In this document: piece after piece, positions 30,177 through 39,594 of the stretch
Position numbering within the stretch: position 1 is the stretch's first letter
Layout of the letters: every line of letters starts with the position of its first letter
Assembly (NCBI GenBank): GCA_016839555.1
Contig: JAEOUA010000003.1
Location: 352,001-416,000 of the forward strand
Origin: Promethearchaeota archaeon
GTDB taxonomy: Archaea > Asgardarchaeota > Lokiarchaeia > Sigyniarchaeales > SOKP01
Length of the DNA: 64,000 bases
Direction: 5' to 3'
The notes under the pieces: generated by a model
What the model was told of the DNA's origin: nothing
Databases searched by the model: none
The model's input: the letters and a program-made list of their open reading frames with translations, nothing else
Made by a program: the position numbers and the translations under genes

Positions 30177-31370
30177 TCATGTCTCACTTAAATCAATCAT
30201 TTTTCCTTGACATGGATTTCCATAAGTAGCATAAAAGTGATTATCTTTAATATCAATCATAATTCCAAAACCCGTTGATATTTCTTGTCCATGGTTGCAG
30301 ATGGTATATTCGGATGGCTTATTCTCGGGACCATGACTACATTGAATTTCTTTGTTTAGGAATTCTAATGAGATCTTAGATGGTGCTTCATTTTTTAAAA
30401 TATCAAATGCATTCTTATAGCGAAGGATAGATGATTTATGAACTGGTTTTCCCCGAAGGTATTCTGGTGAACTCTCATTATAGACGGCATTCCGAGGAAC
30501 CTCAATTTGTTGCATAGCAAGCGTAATATAATGATTTGTACAGATCAAAAAGTCTCTTTCTCCATGAACCCCTTCTCTACGTACTTCTATATTTGATGGA
30601 CTTGATTCTATAACAGCAAGATCTCCTATTTTATCTCCAACCATAATATTTGCCCCACCTAATCGGGGATAATTCTCGAAGACTTTTACAGTTTCTTTCA
30701 CCGTACTGCATTGTTCTAAAGCAGCTCGGATTAAAAGCATTGGAGGGATACCTTTTTTGCCAATATTTAGAGGATAAGCATAATTATATACAATTGAGAG
30801 TCCTTTATCATTCATACCATTATTAATTCCCACTAAACCATTCACTCCAGAGCTAATTGTATGATGTTTATTTCCTTCAGAAGACCGTATTCTGCGAAAA
30901 ATGATATTTTCAGCCAAAAATTCGGGGCCATCCCAATTTTTTATCATAAAAATACTTCCGGTTTCCGAGCGTTCCTTGGTAATACCGATAGCACTGCAAT
31001 TATTAATCGAAAATTTAATATGATTTTCTATATAATAATTAGATATTTGTGTACCTAATGAATCTATAGCTTGAAGGAATAGAATTTTATTTATAGATAG
31101 ATTTGCTCCTTTGCTTAAGCCTTTTAAAAATTCCCATTGAGAGGGTAAATTTTGTTTAATAGAATTTTTTATCATTTTGGAAGCAAAACTATTCGCTAAC
31201 TTGATAAACATGAATTTCGGTAAAATGAAAGGTTTTGAGGCTAAGAACTCGTCGGAGTGAGTAAGATTATTATATAATGATGTGATTTGATTTTTAAAAT
31301 GATCTCCTTGCTTAAAGCCCATTTCATATTCTGAACCCTCTAATTGAAAAATATTAATAGGTTTTTCCAT
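30177..31370 (-). CDS. C45-family Ntn hydrolase (acyl-CoA:6-APA acyltransferase-like)
   Basis: GSEYEMG..QG, CSAIG, KNWD, NGMNDKGL, CTNHY, SSILRY, GNPC. Confidence 0.87.
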   Translation of the reverse strand: MEKPINIFQLEGSEYEMGFKQGDHFKNQITSLYNNLTHSDEFLASKPFILPKFMFIKLANSFASKMIKNSIKQNLPSQWEFLKGLSKGANLSINKILFLQAIDSLGTQISNYYIENHIKFSINNCSAIGITKERSETGSIFMIKNWDGPEFLAENIIFRRIRSSEGNKHHTISSGVNGLVGINNGMNDKGLSIVYNYAYPLNIGKKGIPPMLLIRAALEQCSTVKETVKVFENYPRLGGANIMVGDKIGDLAVIESSPSNIEVRREGVHGERDFLICTNHYITLAMQQIEVPRNAVYNESSPEYLRGKPVHKSSILRYKNAFDILKNEAPSKISLEFLNKEIQCSHGPENKPSEYTICNHGQEISTGFGIMIDIKDNHFYATYGNPCQGKMIDLSET

Positions 31371-31490
31371 TAATATTCACACTCATTAAGATAAATTTCT
31401 TTTTATATAATTATTTTTGAATCAATCTACTTCCTAGAGAATATTATTTGGGTCCTCTTTTATATCTTTCTCTTAATTTTTGTTAGTATT

Positions 31491-32879
31491 TCATATATAA
31501 TTTGGAATTTTAAATTTCCTTAGTTTTGCAATTCTATTTCTATATGGTCTTTCCTCTGGTCTTACATGCCAATCAAACCAATTTCTTAGATTTAAAGATA
31601 TATATAATGTTCCATTTTCCGTTTCTATATAAAAAATCTTATCTTTTTCATCCACATACATATATGGAATTAAGGGTACGTCTTTTGTTTCATATTCTTT
31701 TCCATGTTCTATTTCTTTTTCCCATCTATATATTGTATGACTTAATACATATTCCCACTCTCCATCTATTTCTTGAAAAATTGTATGCCTTACATAATGT
31801 TCTATTGGAATTCCATATAGGTTTTGTTTCGATTCTTTTTTTTCGATTTTAAATTTCCCATATCTCTTGCTTTCTTCAGGAGTTAATTCTGGAATTTTCA
31901 AAGAATAAAGAGGATCGAGTTTATATGCATTGGGATGCTTTCGATCATAAACCCTTCTTTCTAATTGTTTCTTTATTCTCAATTGGTTCTCATCTAGGTT
32001 ATAATATTTCATGTCTAATTCTTTCTCAAGATTTTCAGCATTTTTTAAAAATTTATTAATTTCTGCTTCATATCGAGTTCTTAATAAATTTAAATGATCT
32101 TTTTCTAATTCATATTGGACCCACCTAGTTATAAGAGAATTTCTAATATTGTAGAATATTTGTCTTCTATCATTAAGAAGAAATTGAGTTGTTATACTCC
32201 AAAGAGCATATAAAAATGCAATTAATGAATATTGGGCACCAACTGAATCGTATCTATAGGGCCTATTAAAACTTTCTATATCTCGATAATATTCAATAAA
32301 AACTAGGCTTTTAATCCATGGCTCTAGCTGATTAAATAGTTCTTGAAATGCTATTAGAAAGAAAGCAAAAAATAAACTTCTCTTTTTCGGAATTTTTTTG
32401 GTTTTCCATATATCTGAGAGTAAGTATTTATTAAGATGTTCAAGCGCAAAAAGATGCTGATGAAATAAACCAATAATATATTTTACAAAATCCTTTTCAT
32501 AATAAATATACTCTTCTTCTTGTTTTTCTAAATTAATAACTGTTAATGGATGTCTGATGGTAAATATTTGATAATCATGAAAAAGGTTATACTTAAAAAT
32601 ATCATTAATGATTTTTGTACATATAGATATTATTTCATTATTTGGCAATGGAAGAGGTTTATAAAATTCAAAATCTTGATTGAATTCTTGGCTAAAGTAA
32701 TAATTAAAATAAAATAAATCTCTATCTTCCAATAAATATTCAATTTTCCATTTTTTTATTAAATTTTGAAAATAATTTCCTAATTCTTCAATATCATTAT
32801 GTCTAGTATTTACTATTTTTCTTATTTTTTTCTTTCTTTCTTCAATCTCCTTATTCCATACTGCAATCCAATCTGTCAT
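31491..32879 (-). CDS. hypothetical protein
   Basis: 462-aa ORF rich in aromatic residues; no motif recognised. Confidence 0.7.
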   Translation of the reverse strand: MTDWIAVWNKEIEERKKKIRKIVNTRHNDIEELGNYFQNLIKKWKIEYLLEDRDLFYFNYYFSQEFNQDFEFYKPLPLPNNEIISICTKIINDIFKYNLFHDYQIFTIRHPLTVINLEKQEEEYIYYEKDFVKYIIGLFHQHLFALEHLNKYLLSDIWKTKKIPKKRSLFFAFFLIAFQELFNQLEPWIKSLVFIEYYRDIESFNRPYRYDSVGAQYSLIAFLYALWSITTQFLLNDRRQIFYNIRNSLITRWVQYELEKDHLNLLRTRYEAEINKFLKNAENLEKELDMKYYNLDENQLRIKKQLERRVYDRKHPNAYKLDPLYSLKIPELTPEESKRYGKFKIEKKESKQNLYGIPIEHYVRHTIFQEIDGEWEYVLSHTIYRWEKEIEHGKEYETKDVPLIPYMYVDEKDKIFYIETENGTLYISLNLRNWFDWHVRPEERPYRNRIAKLRKFKIPNYI

Positions 32880-32925
32880 AAATATTTTTTATGAAAATAA
32901 TTACTATTGTACTAAAAAAAATCCC

Positions 32926-33168
32926 TTAACCAAAATCTTTCTTTAAGATCCTTATCGCTTCTGGGAGTGTCAAGTGAGTTAAGTTTTGAGCTTTTTCTAA
33001 ATGTTTCGGGCAAAACCAAGCGGCATAAGGAGGATGACCTGTAAAGCCAAGTTTTGATGCTTTTTTATCCCACTTCAAATCATTTGGTCCTTTTTTAAAA
33101 TACAAAAGCTTGCATTCATCATTCTCTCCCATTCTTTTAGAACATACTTCACATATAGGTGGTTTCAA
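32926..33168 (-). CDS. small putative metal-binding protein
   Basis: MKPPICEVC...GHPP...WFCPKH; TTG start. Confidence 0.7.
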   Translation of the reverse strand: MKPPICEVCSKRMGENDECKLLYFKKGPNDLKWDKKASKLGFTGHPPYAAWFCPKHLEKAQNLTHLTLPEAIRILKKDFG

Positions 33169-33307
33169 TATTAATCAACTTATATTTTTAAAAATAAATA
33201 TTTAATGTTTTAGATATAATTATAAAATTGGTTTAAACCTTTAATGAATTTCTCAATTTTCTAAAAAATATAATCTTATAATTTAGCCTTTAATATTAAA
33301 AGATTTA

Positions 33308-33380
33308 GAATGTGTGCCCATTTGGAGATTCCTACTCATTGAAATTTTGAATTCTCATAGAAACACTATAAATGGGCACA
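33308..33380 (-). ncRNA. box H/ACA pseudouridylation guide RNA (single hairpin with K-turn)
   Basis: GUGCCCAUUU/AAAUGGGCAC lower stem followed by ACA (33313-33311); pocket AUAGU / CUCC; upper stem GUUUCUA/UAGGAAU; K-turn UGA...AAUGAG; 14 nt from top of pocket to ACA. Confidence 0.82.
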
Positions 33381-33449
33381 AATAATAATATTGCAACTCA
33401 AAATAATTAAATTTATTATTATAAAAAAAAGAAATAAGAAAAAAAATAC

Positions 33450-34088
33450 CTAAGTAGGTTGTGAATGTTGTTTTAATAAATCTTCATTAGTTTTGCCCAT
33501 TTTTATTGCCAATTCTGCTACAATCGCATCAAGGTAAGTAAATGCAATCTGTTCGAATTGCGTACCTTCAGGCGTGAGAACCGCATGATTTTCCTCATCT
33601 CGATCCTTTTTAGTTCTACCAAGGATTTTAATAGTGATATCACCGATACGCCCAACTACGGTCTCTGGGTGGCTGGTTATACATACTATTGCATGAGGTT
33701 TTATTGTATTTACATAAGTTTTTAATAAACTGACAACAATAGATGTGGTACCCGAACCAGAAAGCACAATTAAAATATCTTTTTTTCTAAGAGCGGGGAT
33801 ATGTCCTAAATTCGTAATCATATGAACTTCTGCCCCTAAATGCACTAATCGCGTTGCAAAACATTGTAAAATAAAGGCACTTCTTCCTGAGGCGAGGAGA
33901 AAGAATCTGCGATTATTAATTATCCCATCATGAATAATATTTATAAATTTTTGCGTGTATTTGAAATTTTGATCAATATGCTCCATATTTTTTTGAAGGT
34001 TGTTCATGATCAATTCCATAGCTTGGAATAGGATTCTTTTTGTCTTACCATTGGTAGGTTGAGACTCAATCTCAATATCATCAGCCAT
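33450..34088 (-). CDS. hxlB: SIS-domain 6-phospho-3-hexuloisomerase-like protein
   Basis: ASGRS, FATRLVHLG, LSGSGTT, ITS, PEGTQFEQ. Confidence 0.8.
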   Translation of the reverse strand: MADDIEIESQPTNGKTKRILFQAMELIMNNLQKNMEHIDQNFKYTQKFINIIHDGIINNRRFFLLASGRSAFILQCFATRLVHLGAEVHMITNLGHIPALRKKDILIVLSGSGTTSIVVSLLKTYVNTIKPHAIVCITSHPETVVGRIGDITIKILGRTKKDRDEENHAVLTPEGTQFEQIAFTYLDAIVAELAIKMGKTNEDLLKQHSQPT

Positions 34089-34346
34089 GATAATACACTA
34101 TAAAAACATTTATTCTATAGTATAATTTAGTTTTCGAGATAAAATATATATTGTTATTAATATACTATTTGGATTAATTGTTTTAAAATACAATAATAAA
34201 AATTTATTGGAAACACTAAGGTTTAATTAATATTGCTTTAGCATTAATAAATATGATTATATTTTTCTTTTTTAAGCAATCTTTATTGATTAGAAAAGAT
34301 TTATGTTTCTAAAATTAGTTTTTAATGATTTTTTTTTTAAACTTAA

Positions 34347-35225
34347 TTATAGCGGCCATTTAAGGAGAGATTTTATCAAGTTCATTGTGCTTAAATCTCC
34401 TTTTGTTAACTTTCCTATAACAGTTTCTCTTTTAAAAGCTCTTTTTAGAACTTTTTTTAAAACTCGCTGCCTATTATTATAATTTTTTACTTCCTCCTTA
34501 TATAAACGATGGATTTTTTGATGTAACTCATTAATCTCCCTTAGTCTTTTTTTTAAAAATTCTCTCCCTTTATAGAGACCATGTCCACTGATAAAAATTT
34601 TAAGGTTTTTCATATGTTCAGTAAAGTTATATAAATTTTTTATTGAATCATAAATAACTGAGATATCCTCTTGGATGTCGCTTGATGCTCCGAAGAGCAT
34701 TTTATATTTGGGTTGTATTCCATCTGCAACAAATGCCCATTCTTGTGTTTTTTCTATTAATGCGATTTGATCTGGCGCATGGCCCGGCATTGGAAATATC
34801 TCAAATCCATAGTCCAGAGAACCAGATTTAATCGTGGAAGGTAAAATTTTAGTCTTTACTGGTAATCTTTTTTCCCCCCACGTAATTTGTCGATATTCTG
34901 GATAAGTAGATTCTTTTTTTAGAATTTCTATTGCTTTTTCATGAGCATATATTGGAATATTGAATTCTCTTTGGAGCATTTGGGCACCACCACAATGATC
35001 TTCGTGAGTGTGTGTCAAAATACACAAATTTATCTCTTTTTCATTCAATTCATCGGTGATAAATTCTCTTAAATCATTTATACATGCTGGTGCTCCCGCA
35101 TCGATAAGTAGTCCATCAACAAGAAAACAGGAGGTATAAAAGGGTTTTGGAATAAGCTTATTATTGGAGGCCCATTTCCATTCTAAGATCTCTTTGTTTT
35201 CATAATAAACTTTTTCAATAACCAT
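34347..35225 (-). CDS. metallo-beta-lactamase-fold hydrolase
   Basis: LIDAG, THTHEDHCGG, PGHAPD, ADG, SGHG. Confidence 0.9.
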   Translation of the reverse strand: MVIEKVYYENKEILEWKWASNNKLIPKPFYTSCFLVDGLLIDAGAPACINDLREFITDELNEKEINLCILTHTHEDHCGGAQMLQREFNIPIYAHEKAIEILKKESTYPEYRQITWGEKRLPVKTKILPSTIKSGSLDYGFEIFPMPGHAPDQIALIEKTQEWAFVADGIQPKYKMLFGASSDIQEDISVIYDSIKNLYNFTEHMKNLKIFISGHGLYKGREFLKKRLREINELHQKIHRLYKEEVKNYNNRQRVLKKVLKRAFKRETVIGKLTKGDLSTMNLIKSLLKWPL

Positions 35226-35426
35226 TGTTTCACTAATCAGGTTTAATTTTATTAGCCAATTTAATGATATTAGTTAAATAAGTGTTCTAAAACTAAAAAA
35301 TATATAGAAAACAATAGAATTTTTATAAACTAAAAAATAAGTCTGAATCCTAGAAGGAGAACAAAATAATTAAGGTTTTGAAGATATACTTTTTAAAATT
35401 TTATATCTTTTTATTATTTTATATTA

Positions 35427-37277
35427 TTATTTATTAATCTTACATTTTTTTAAAAAGACAATAAAATTACTTCCTTTTTTATAATTTCCTGGGATTCTAT
35501 TCTCTATATCTATTTGCCCCCCATATTCCTTCAAAATTTTTTTTACAAGAGATAATCCTATTCCCATTCCACTGGTTTTTTTATGTTTATACTCACGGCT
35601 GAAGATTTGCTCCTTCTGTTTATCTGGAATGCCAATTCCATTATCTTTAAATTCTATTTTTACATAAGTATTCTCTTCTTTTTGAAGCTCGAAGACATTT
35701 ATCCATAACCTTTTTACTTCGCTTTTATTATGAACTATTCCATTAATTAAGATATTTTCAAATGCATCAATTAGGAATTCTCCCCCATAGATCTCTACAT
35801 CTTGATCTAAGGGAGTAAAGTCCATAGAGATATTGCCACTTATATAATGATTTTTTACGCTTTTAATTGATTTTTTTAATACTTCATTAATTTTAACAGG
35901 TTTTATTATTAATTCTTCTTTTTCTATGGCAGAAAGTCTTCTAATATTTGAGATCAAAGATGAGGCGCGATCTATTTGTCTTTCAATAATTTCAATTAAT
36001 TCTTCTATATCTCCAACATCCTTATTCTGTGTAGTTCCCATCTCTATAAGTTCGAAAGAGAATTTTATACTATTGAGGATGTTACTCATATCATGAGCAA
36101 GAATGTCCCGATAAAATTCTGCACGATTAAAGGCCTCTTTATATTTTTGTTCTGATGTTTTCAGTCTTTTTTCCGCTTCAACTTTATCAGTGACATTTCT
36201 TACAAATCCGGAAAATCCTACTTTATTTCCCTTCTCATCATAGCGTAGAGATATAGAGGATTCACCGTATAATGTTCTTCCCTTTTTACTAATAACTCGA
36301 TATTGGAAATTTTTTTGAGACTTTTCCGTTCTAAACACTACGTTAAAAATTTCAAAGGTTTCTTTTGCTTTTTCATGGGTCATATACTCTCGATAATTCA
36401 TTCCCATCATTTCCTCAGATGAATATCCCAACATATCACATAAAGCGGGGTTAAAATAAGTAAAATCTCCTTTTAAATCAACCTCAAAATATCCTTCTAG
36501 TGAAGTTTGAATAATTTTTTTGAATTTTTCTTCTGATTTCTTTAATTGTTGTTTTGTCTCTATTTGAGAAGTCACATCTCGAACGAATCCAGCAAAACCA
36601 ATTTTATTTCCCTCTTCATTATATCTCAAATATACAGAGGATTCACAATATAATGTCTCGCCTTGTTTATTAATAAGTTTATACTGGAAGTTAGTATGAG
36701 ATTTTTCTGTTCTATAAAGTTCATTATATTTTTTAAAAGTCTTTTTTGCTCCCTTTTCAGTCATATAATTTCTATAATTCATCCCCTTCAGTTCTTCAGG
36801 AGTATATTCTAACAAATCACATACAGCAGGATTAAAATAAGTGAAATTTCCCTTTAAATCTACTTCGAAATACCCCTCTTTTGAGTTTTTTAAGATTTTA
36901 TCTGCTTTTTTTAATTTCTGTTCCATCTTGACTCTCTGCGTATAATCCCTAAGGAAGCCAGCAAAACCAATTTTATTTCCCTCTTCATCATATCGTAAAT
37001 AAATAGAAGAATCACAATATATCTCATTTCCATCCTTAGTAATAAATCTATATTGAAAATAAATTCGAGATTTTTCTGTTCTAAACACTTCATTAAATAT
37101 TTGATATGTTTCTTCTGCATTTTCCTCAGTCATATAGTCTTCGTATGAAGTTCCAATGATTTCTTCAGGAGTGTATCCTAATAGTTGAGCGCCTGCGGGA
37201 TTACAATAAGTAAAAATTCCATCTACATTACTCTCAAAATACGCCTCTTTCGTATTTTCCAAAAAATTCTCAATCAC
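35427..37277 (-). CDS. sensor histidine kinase with three PAS domains
   Basis: Three PAS/PAC repeats; H-box LAHDMSN; N-box ENILINGIVH; DNGIGI; GMGIGL. Confidence 0.92.
   Translation of the reverse strand: MIENFLENTKEAYFESNVDGIFTYCNPAGAQLLGYTPEEIIGTSYEDYMTEENAEETYQIFNEVFRTEKSRIYFQYRFITKDGNEIYCDSSIYLRYDEEGNKIGFAGFLRDYTQRVKMEQKLKKADKILKNSKEGYFEVDLKGNFTYFNPAVCDLLEYTPEELKGMNYRNYMTEKGAKKTFKKYNELYRTEKSHTNFQYKLINKQGETLYCESSVYLRYNEEGNKIGFAGFVRDVTSQIETKQQLKKSEEKFKKIIQTSLEGYFEVDLKGDFTYFNPALCDMLGYSSEEMMGMNYREYMTHEKAKETFEIFNVVFRTEKSQKNFQYRVISKKGRTLYGESSISLRYDEKGNKVGFSGFVRNVTDKVEAEKRLKTSEQKYKEAFNRAEFYRDILAHDMSNILNSIKFSFELIEMGTTQNKDVGDIEELIEIIERQIDRASSLISNIRRLSAIEKEELIIKPVKINEVLKKSIKSVKNHYISGNISMDFTPLDQDVEIYGGEFLIDAFENILINGIVHNKSEVKRLWINVFELQKEENTYVKIEFKDNGIGIPDKQKEQIFSREYKHKKTSGMGIGLSLVKKILKEYGGQIDIENRIPGNYKKGSNFIVFLKKCKINK
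36150..37260 (-). repeat. intragenic tandem triplication of the PAS unit
   Basis: A(T/C)TTTATTTCC recurs at 36220, 36601 and 36970 (spacing 381 and 369 nt); protein repeats EGYFEVDLKG.FTYFNPA...RTEKS...LRYDE.GNK.GF.GF. Confidence 0.85.
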
Positions 37278-37628
37278 TGATTTCCTTATTTCTTTTGATT
37301 TCTTGATTTTCTATCCCCTTTCCCTATATCTTTTTTTTCGAATTCTTATTTAACAGATAAAGATCCTACTTTAAAAATCTATATATATAATTTTCTGAAT
37401 GTTTTTCAATAAATACTTTTAATCTAATAAAATAATTATAATACAACTTTAAAAATGCTCTTACCTTTTAGAATACCTCTCTTAATAAGATTTTAATTAG
37501 TAAGAAAAATAAAATTTTCGAAATTTAGAAATAAATTAAGAATGAAATTATATGGAAAAAAAACCACTCTATTATTATTTTAATTTATTAAAATAGGAAA
37601 AAAAAGATTGTAAATATTTTAAAAATTT

Positions 37629-37847
37629 TTACTCGTATTTTAATGCTAAGAGTAGGTCGTTCTTGGTAATTTTTTTGCGGTTTGCGTGCATTGTGAATTT
37701 CTTTGCAGATGATGTGAGACTTTCTGCTTTTTTCTCTAAATGATCAATTAACAGATCAACCGCATCTCGAGCCACAATGCTTGCACCCTCTTGTTTCATT
37801 AATCTACGAATCGGACTCCAAGCAAATGTATGTTTTTTCTTTGCCAT
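37629..37847 (-). CDS. archaeal histone
   Basis: PIRRLMK..GA..VA.DA...HANRKKIT..DL histone fold; GGAGG upstream. Confidence 0.92.
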   Translation of the reverse strand: MAKKKHTFAWSPIRRLMKQEGASIVARDAVDLLIDHLEKKAESLTSSAKKFTMHANRKKITKNDLLLALKYE

Positions 37848-38661
37848 ATTTTTATTCCTCCATTTTATTATTAAATTTTAATTAAAATTTAAGTTTTTAA
37901 TTTTTTTTTTAATTTTTTTTTTATGTTCTTAGATAGTATTATATCTGAAGAGATATTTAAACTTTATGGCATTTTGATAAGATAGTGTTGAGTTAGATTA
38001 AAAAAAATTTCGACAAAAATTTTATGAAATTATTCAATTAAGTAAATTTTCAAATGTAAGTAAATAAGATCATACCTAATTTTTTATCACAATTTATTAT
38101 ATAATAATTATTGAAATGGTAAGTATGAAAAGATCTATTCATAGGTTAGCAAGTTGATGGTATAATTGGTATTAAATAAAAATTTGATAAAATTATTAAA
38201 TCGGTATTATATATCCAGATAACAGAATACTTAATATTTTTCCAAATTTCCATAATTAATTTTGAATAAAAAAGGAGAGAAAAAGTTTAAAAAGATCCTT
38301 ATAGTGTACTATAAAAAATTTAAGTTTCAAATTAAAGTTAGCTAAATAGATTAAAATTGAATTTTTTATGTATTGACGATTTTTTATTAAAAATAACGTT
38401 TTAATAATGACATAAAATTATACTTAGCTTCAAGTATTTAGATTTCATTAATAATGAATCACAAAAGAAAAAAATAAATTCCAACTGTTATTAAGTTCTT
38501 ATATTTCTTATCGAGTAGGGTGAATATTTTTCCAATTACAAGTTTCTACCTTTAGAAAATATATTAATAACCTTATAATTTAATTTTAACTCTAAAATAT
38601 TTTTTTTCCTTGAAAAAAATTTTCTAAAAAATGAGTAATTCTAAAGTATTATAAAAAGAAC

Positions 38662-39279
38662 TTATTCCCCTATCTCTTTAATTTCTAAAAATTTCCCTGT
38701 TGTTCCATCAGCGGTTATTACCAATATATCGATACCATTTCCTGACATTGCATCTCTTTTCATTGCGTTTCTAATCACTTTTTCTATAAGCTTTTCTCCT
38801 TCTGCAACAGTTAAATCTTTTTTATATTCTGCTTCTAAGATTCCCATAGATAAAAGCATACTGGTGCCTGCAGCCCCATAATCTTCTGGAATTAAACTCC
38901 CAATAGCATCAAGTGTATATAATTTGGGACCATCCGTGTCCATCCCAGCAATTAATAAGTTTGTATAAAACGGAGCCATTTTCCTAGAATATAAATAGTT
39001 TGATAATAGTTTTGCCATACTTTTCGTCGAAATTCGTTCATGAGCTTCAAATTTATAAAGCTTCGCTTGTGCCCTAAGGATTTTTGTAATCATTTGAAAA
39101 TCACCTATAAGACCATAGCAGGCAATCCCTATATAATTAGTCACTGAAAAGACTTTTCTGGTTGATTTATTAGTTACAGTATAATTCCATATAGCCCTTC
39201 TATCACTTCCTAATACTACTCCATCCTTACATTTAATTGCAACTGATGCGGCGCCGGGAACGATAATTTCTTGAGACAT
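38662..39279 (-). CDS. psmB: proteasome beta subunit lacking the catalytic Thr
   Basis: VAIKCKDGVVLGSDRR, GLIGDFQ, LYTLDAIGS, RDAMSGNG; GAAS in place of GTT. Confidence 0.9.
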   Translation of the reverse strand: MSQEIIVPGAASVAIKCKDGVVLGSDRRAIWNYTVTNKSTRKVFSVTNYIGIACYGLIGDFQMITKILRAQAKLYKFEAHERISTKSMAKLLSNYLYSRKMAPFYTNLLIAGMDTDGPKLYTLDAIGSLIPEDYGAAGTSMLLSMGILEAEYKKDLTVAEGEKLIEKVIRNAMKRDAMSGNGIDILVITADGTTGKFLEIKEIGE

Positions 39280-39594
39280 TTTTAAATTTAATCTTGAAAA
39301 TATTAATGTGTATTTTTAATTAATAAAATAAATCTACTTTATATTTTTAATTTTATCATAATAATTTAATAGATCCCTAAAGAATTATCTTATGATTATA
39401 TTATTATAGTATTTGAAAGTTTTAGACGCCATAAAAATAGATTTTCAACTAAATCAGAGAATACCCAATATAAAATTTATTAAAAGTATATTATTTTTCA
39501 AAAAAGAACACTTAAATAAGAAAAAACAATAAAAATTTTATTTTGTGAACTATTTTTATATATAATCAGCTTAACATCCCAAAATGAAATAAAA

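Noticed and set aside
12975-31493. Additional selenoproteins from TGA-terminated ORFs (12975, 22862, 23993, 30177, 31491)
   Set aside because: The TGA falls at plausible natural C-termini, not at a Cys-equivalent position, and I saw no SECIS-like element downstream.
33311-33380. Inverted repeat read as a MITE, terminator or SECIS
   Set aside because: No target-site duplication and no in-frame UGA in the upstream gene; pocket, K-turn and ACA spacing fit an H/ACA RNA better.
37848-38661. Replication origin
   Set aside because: No repeated ORB elements with G-strings and no adjacent cdc6/orc1.
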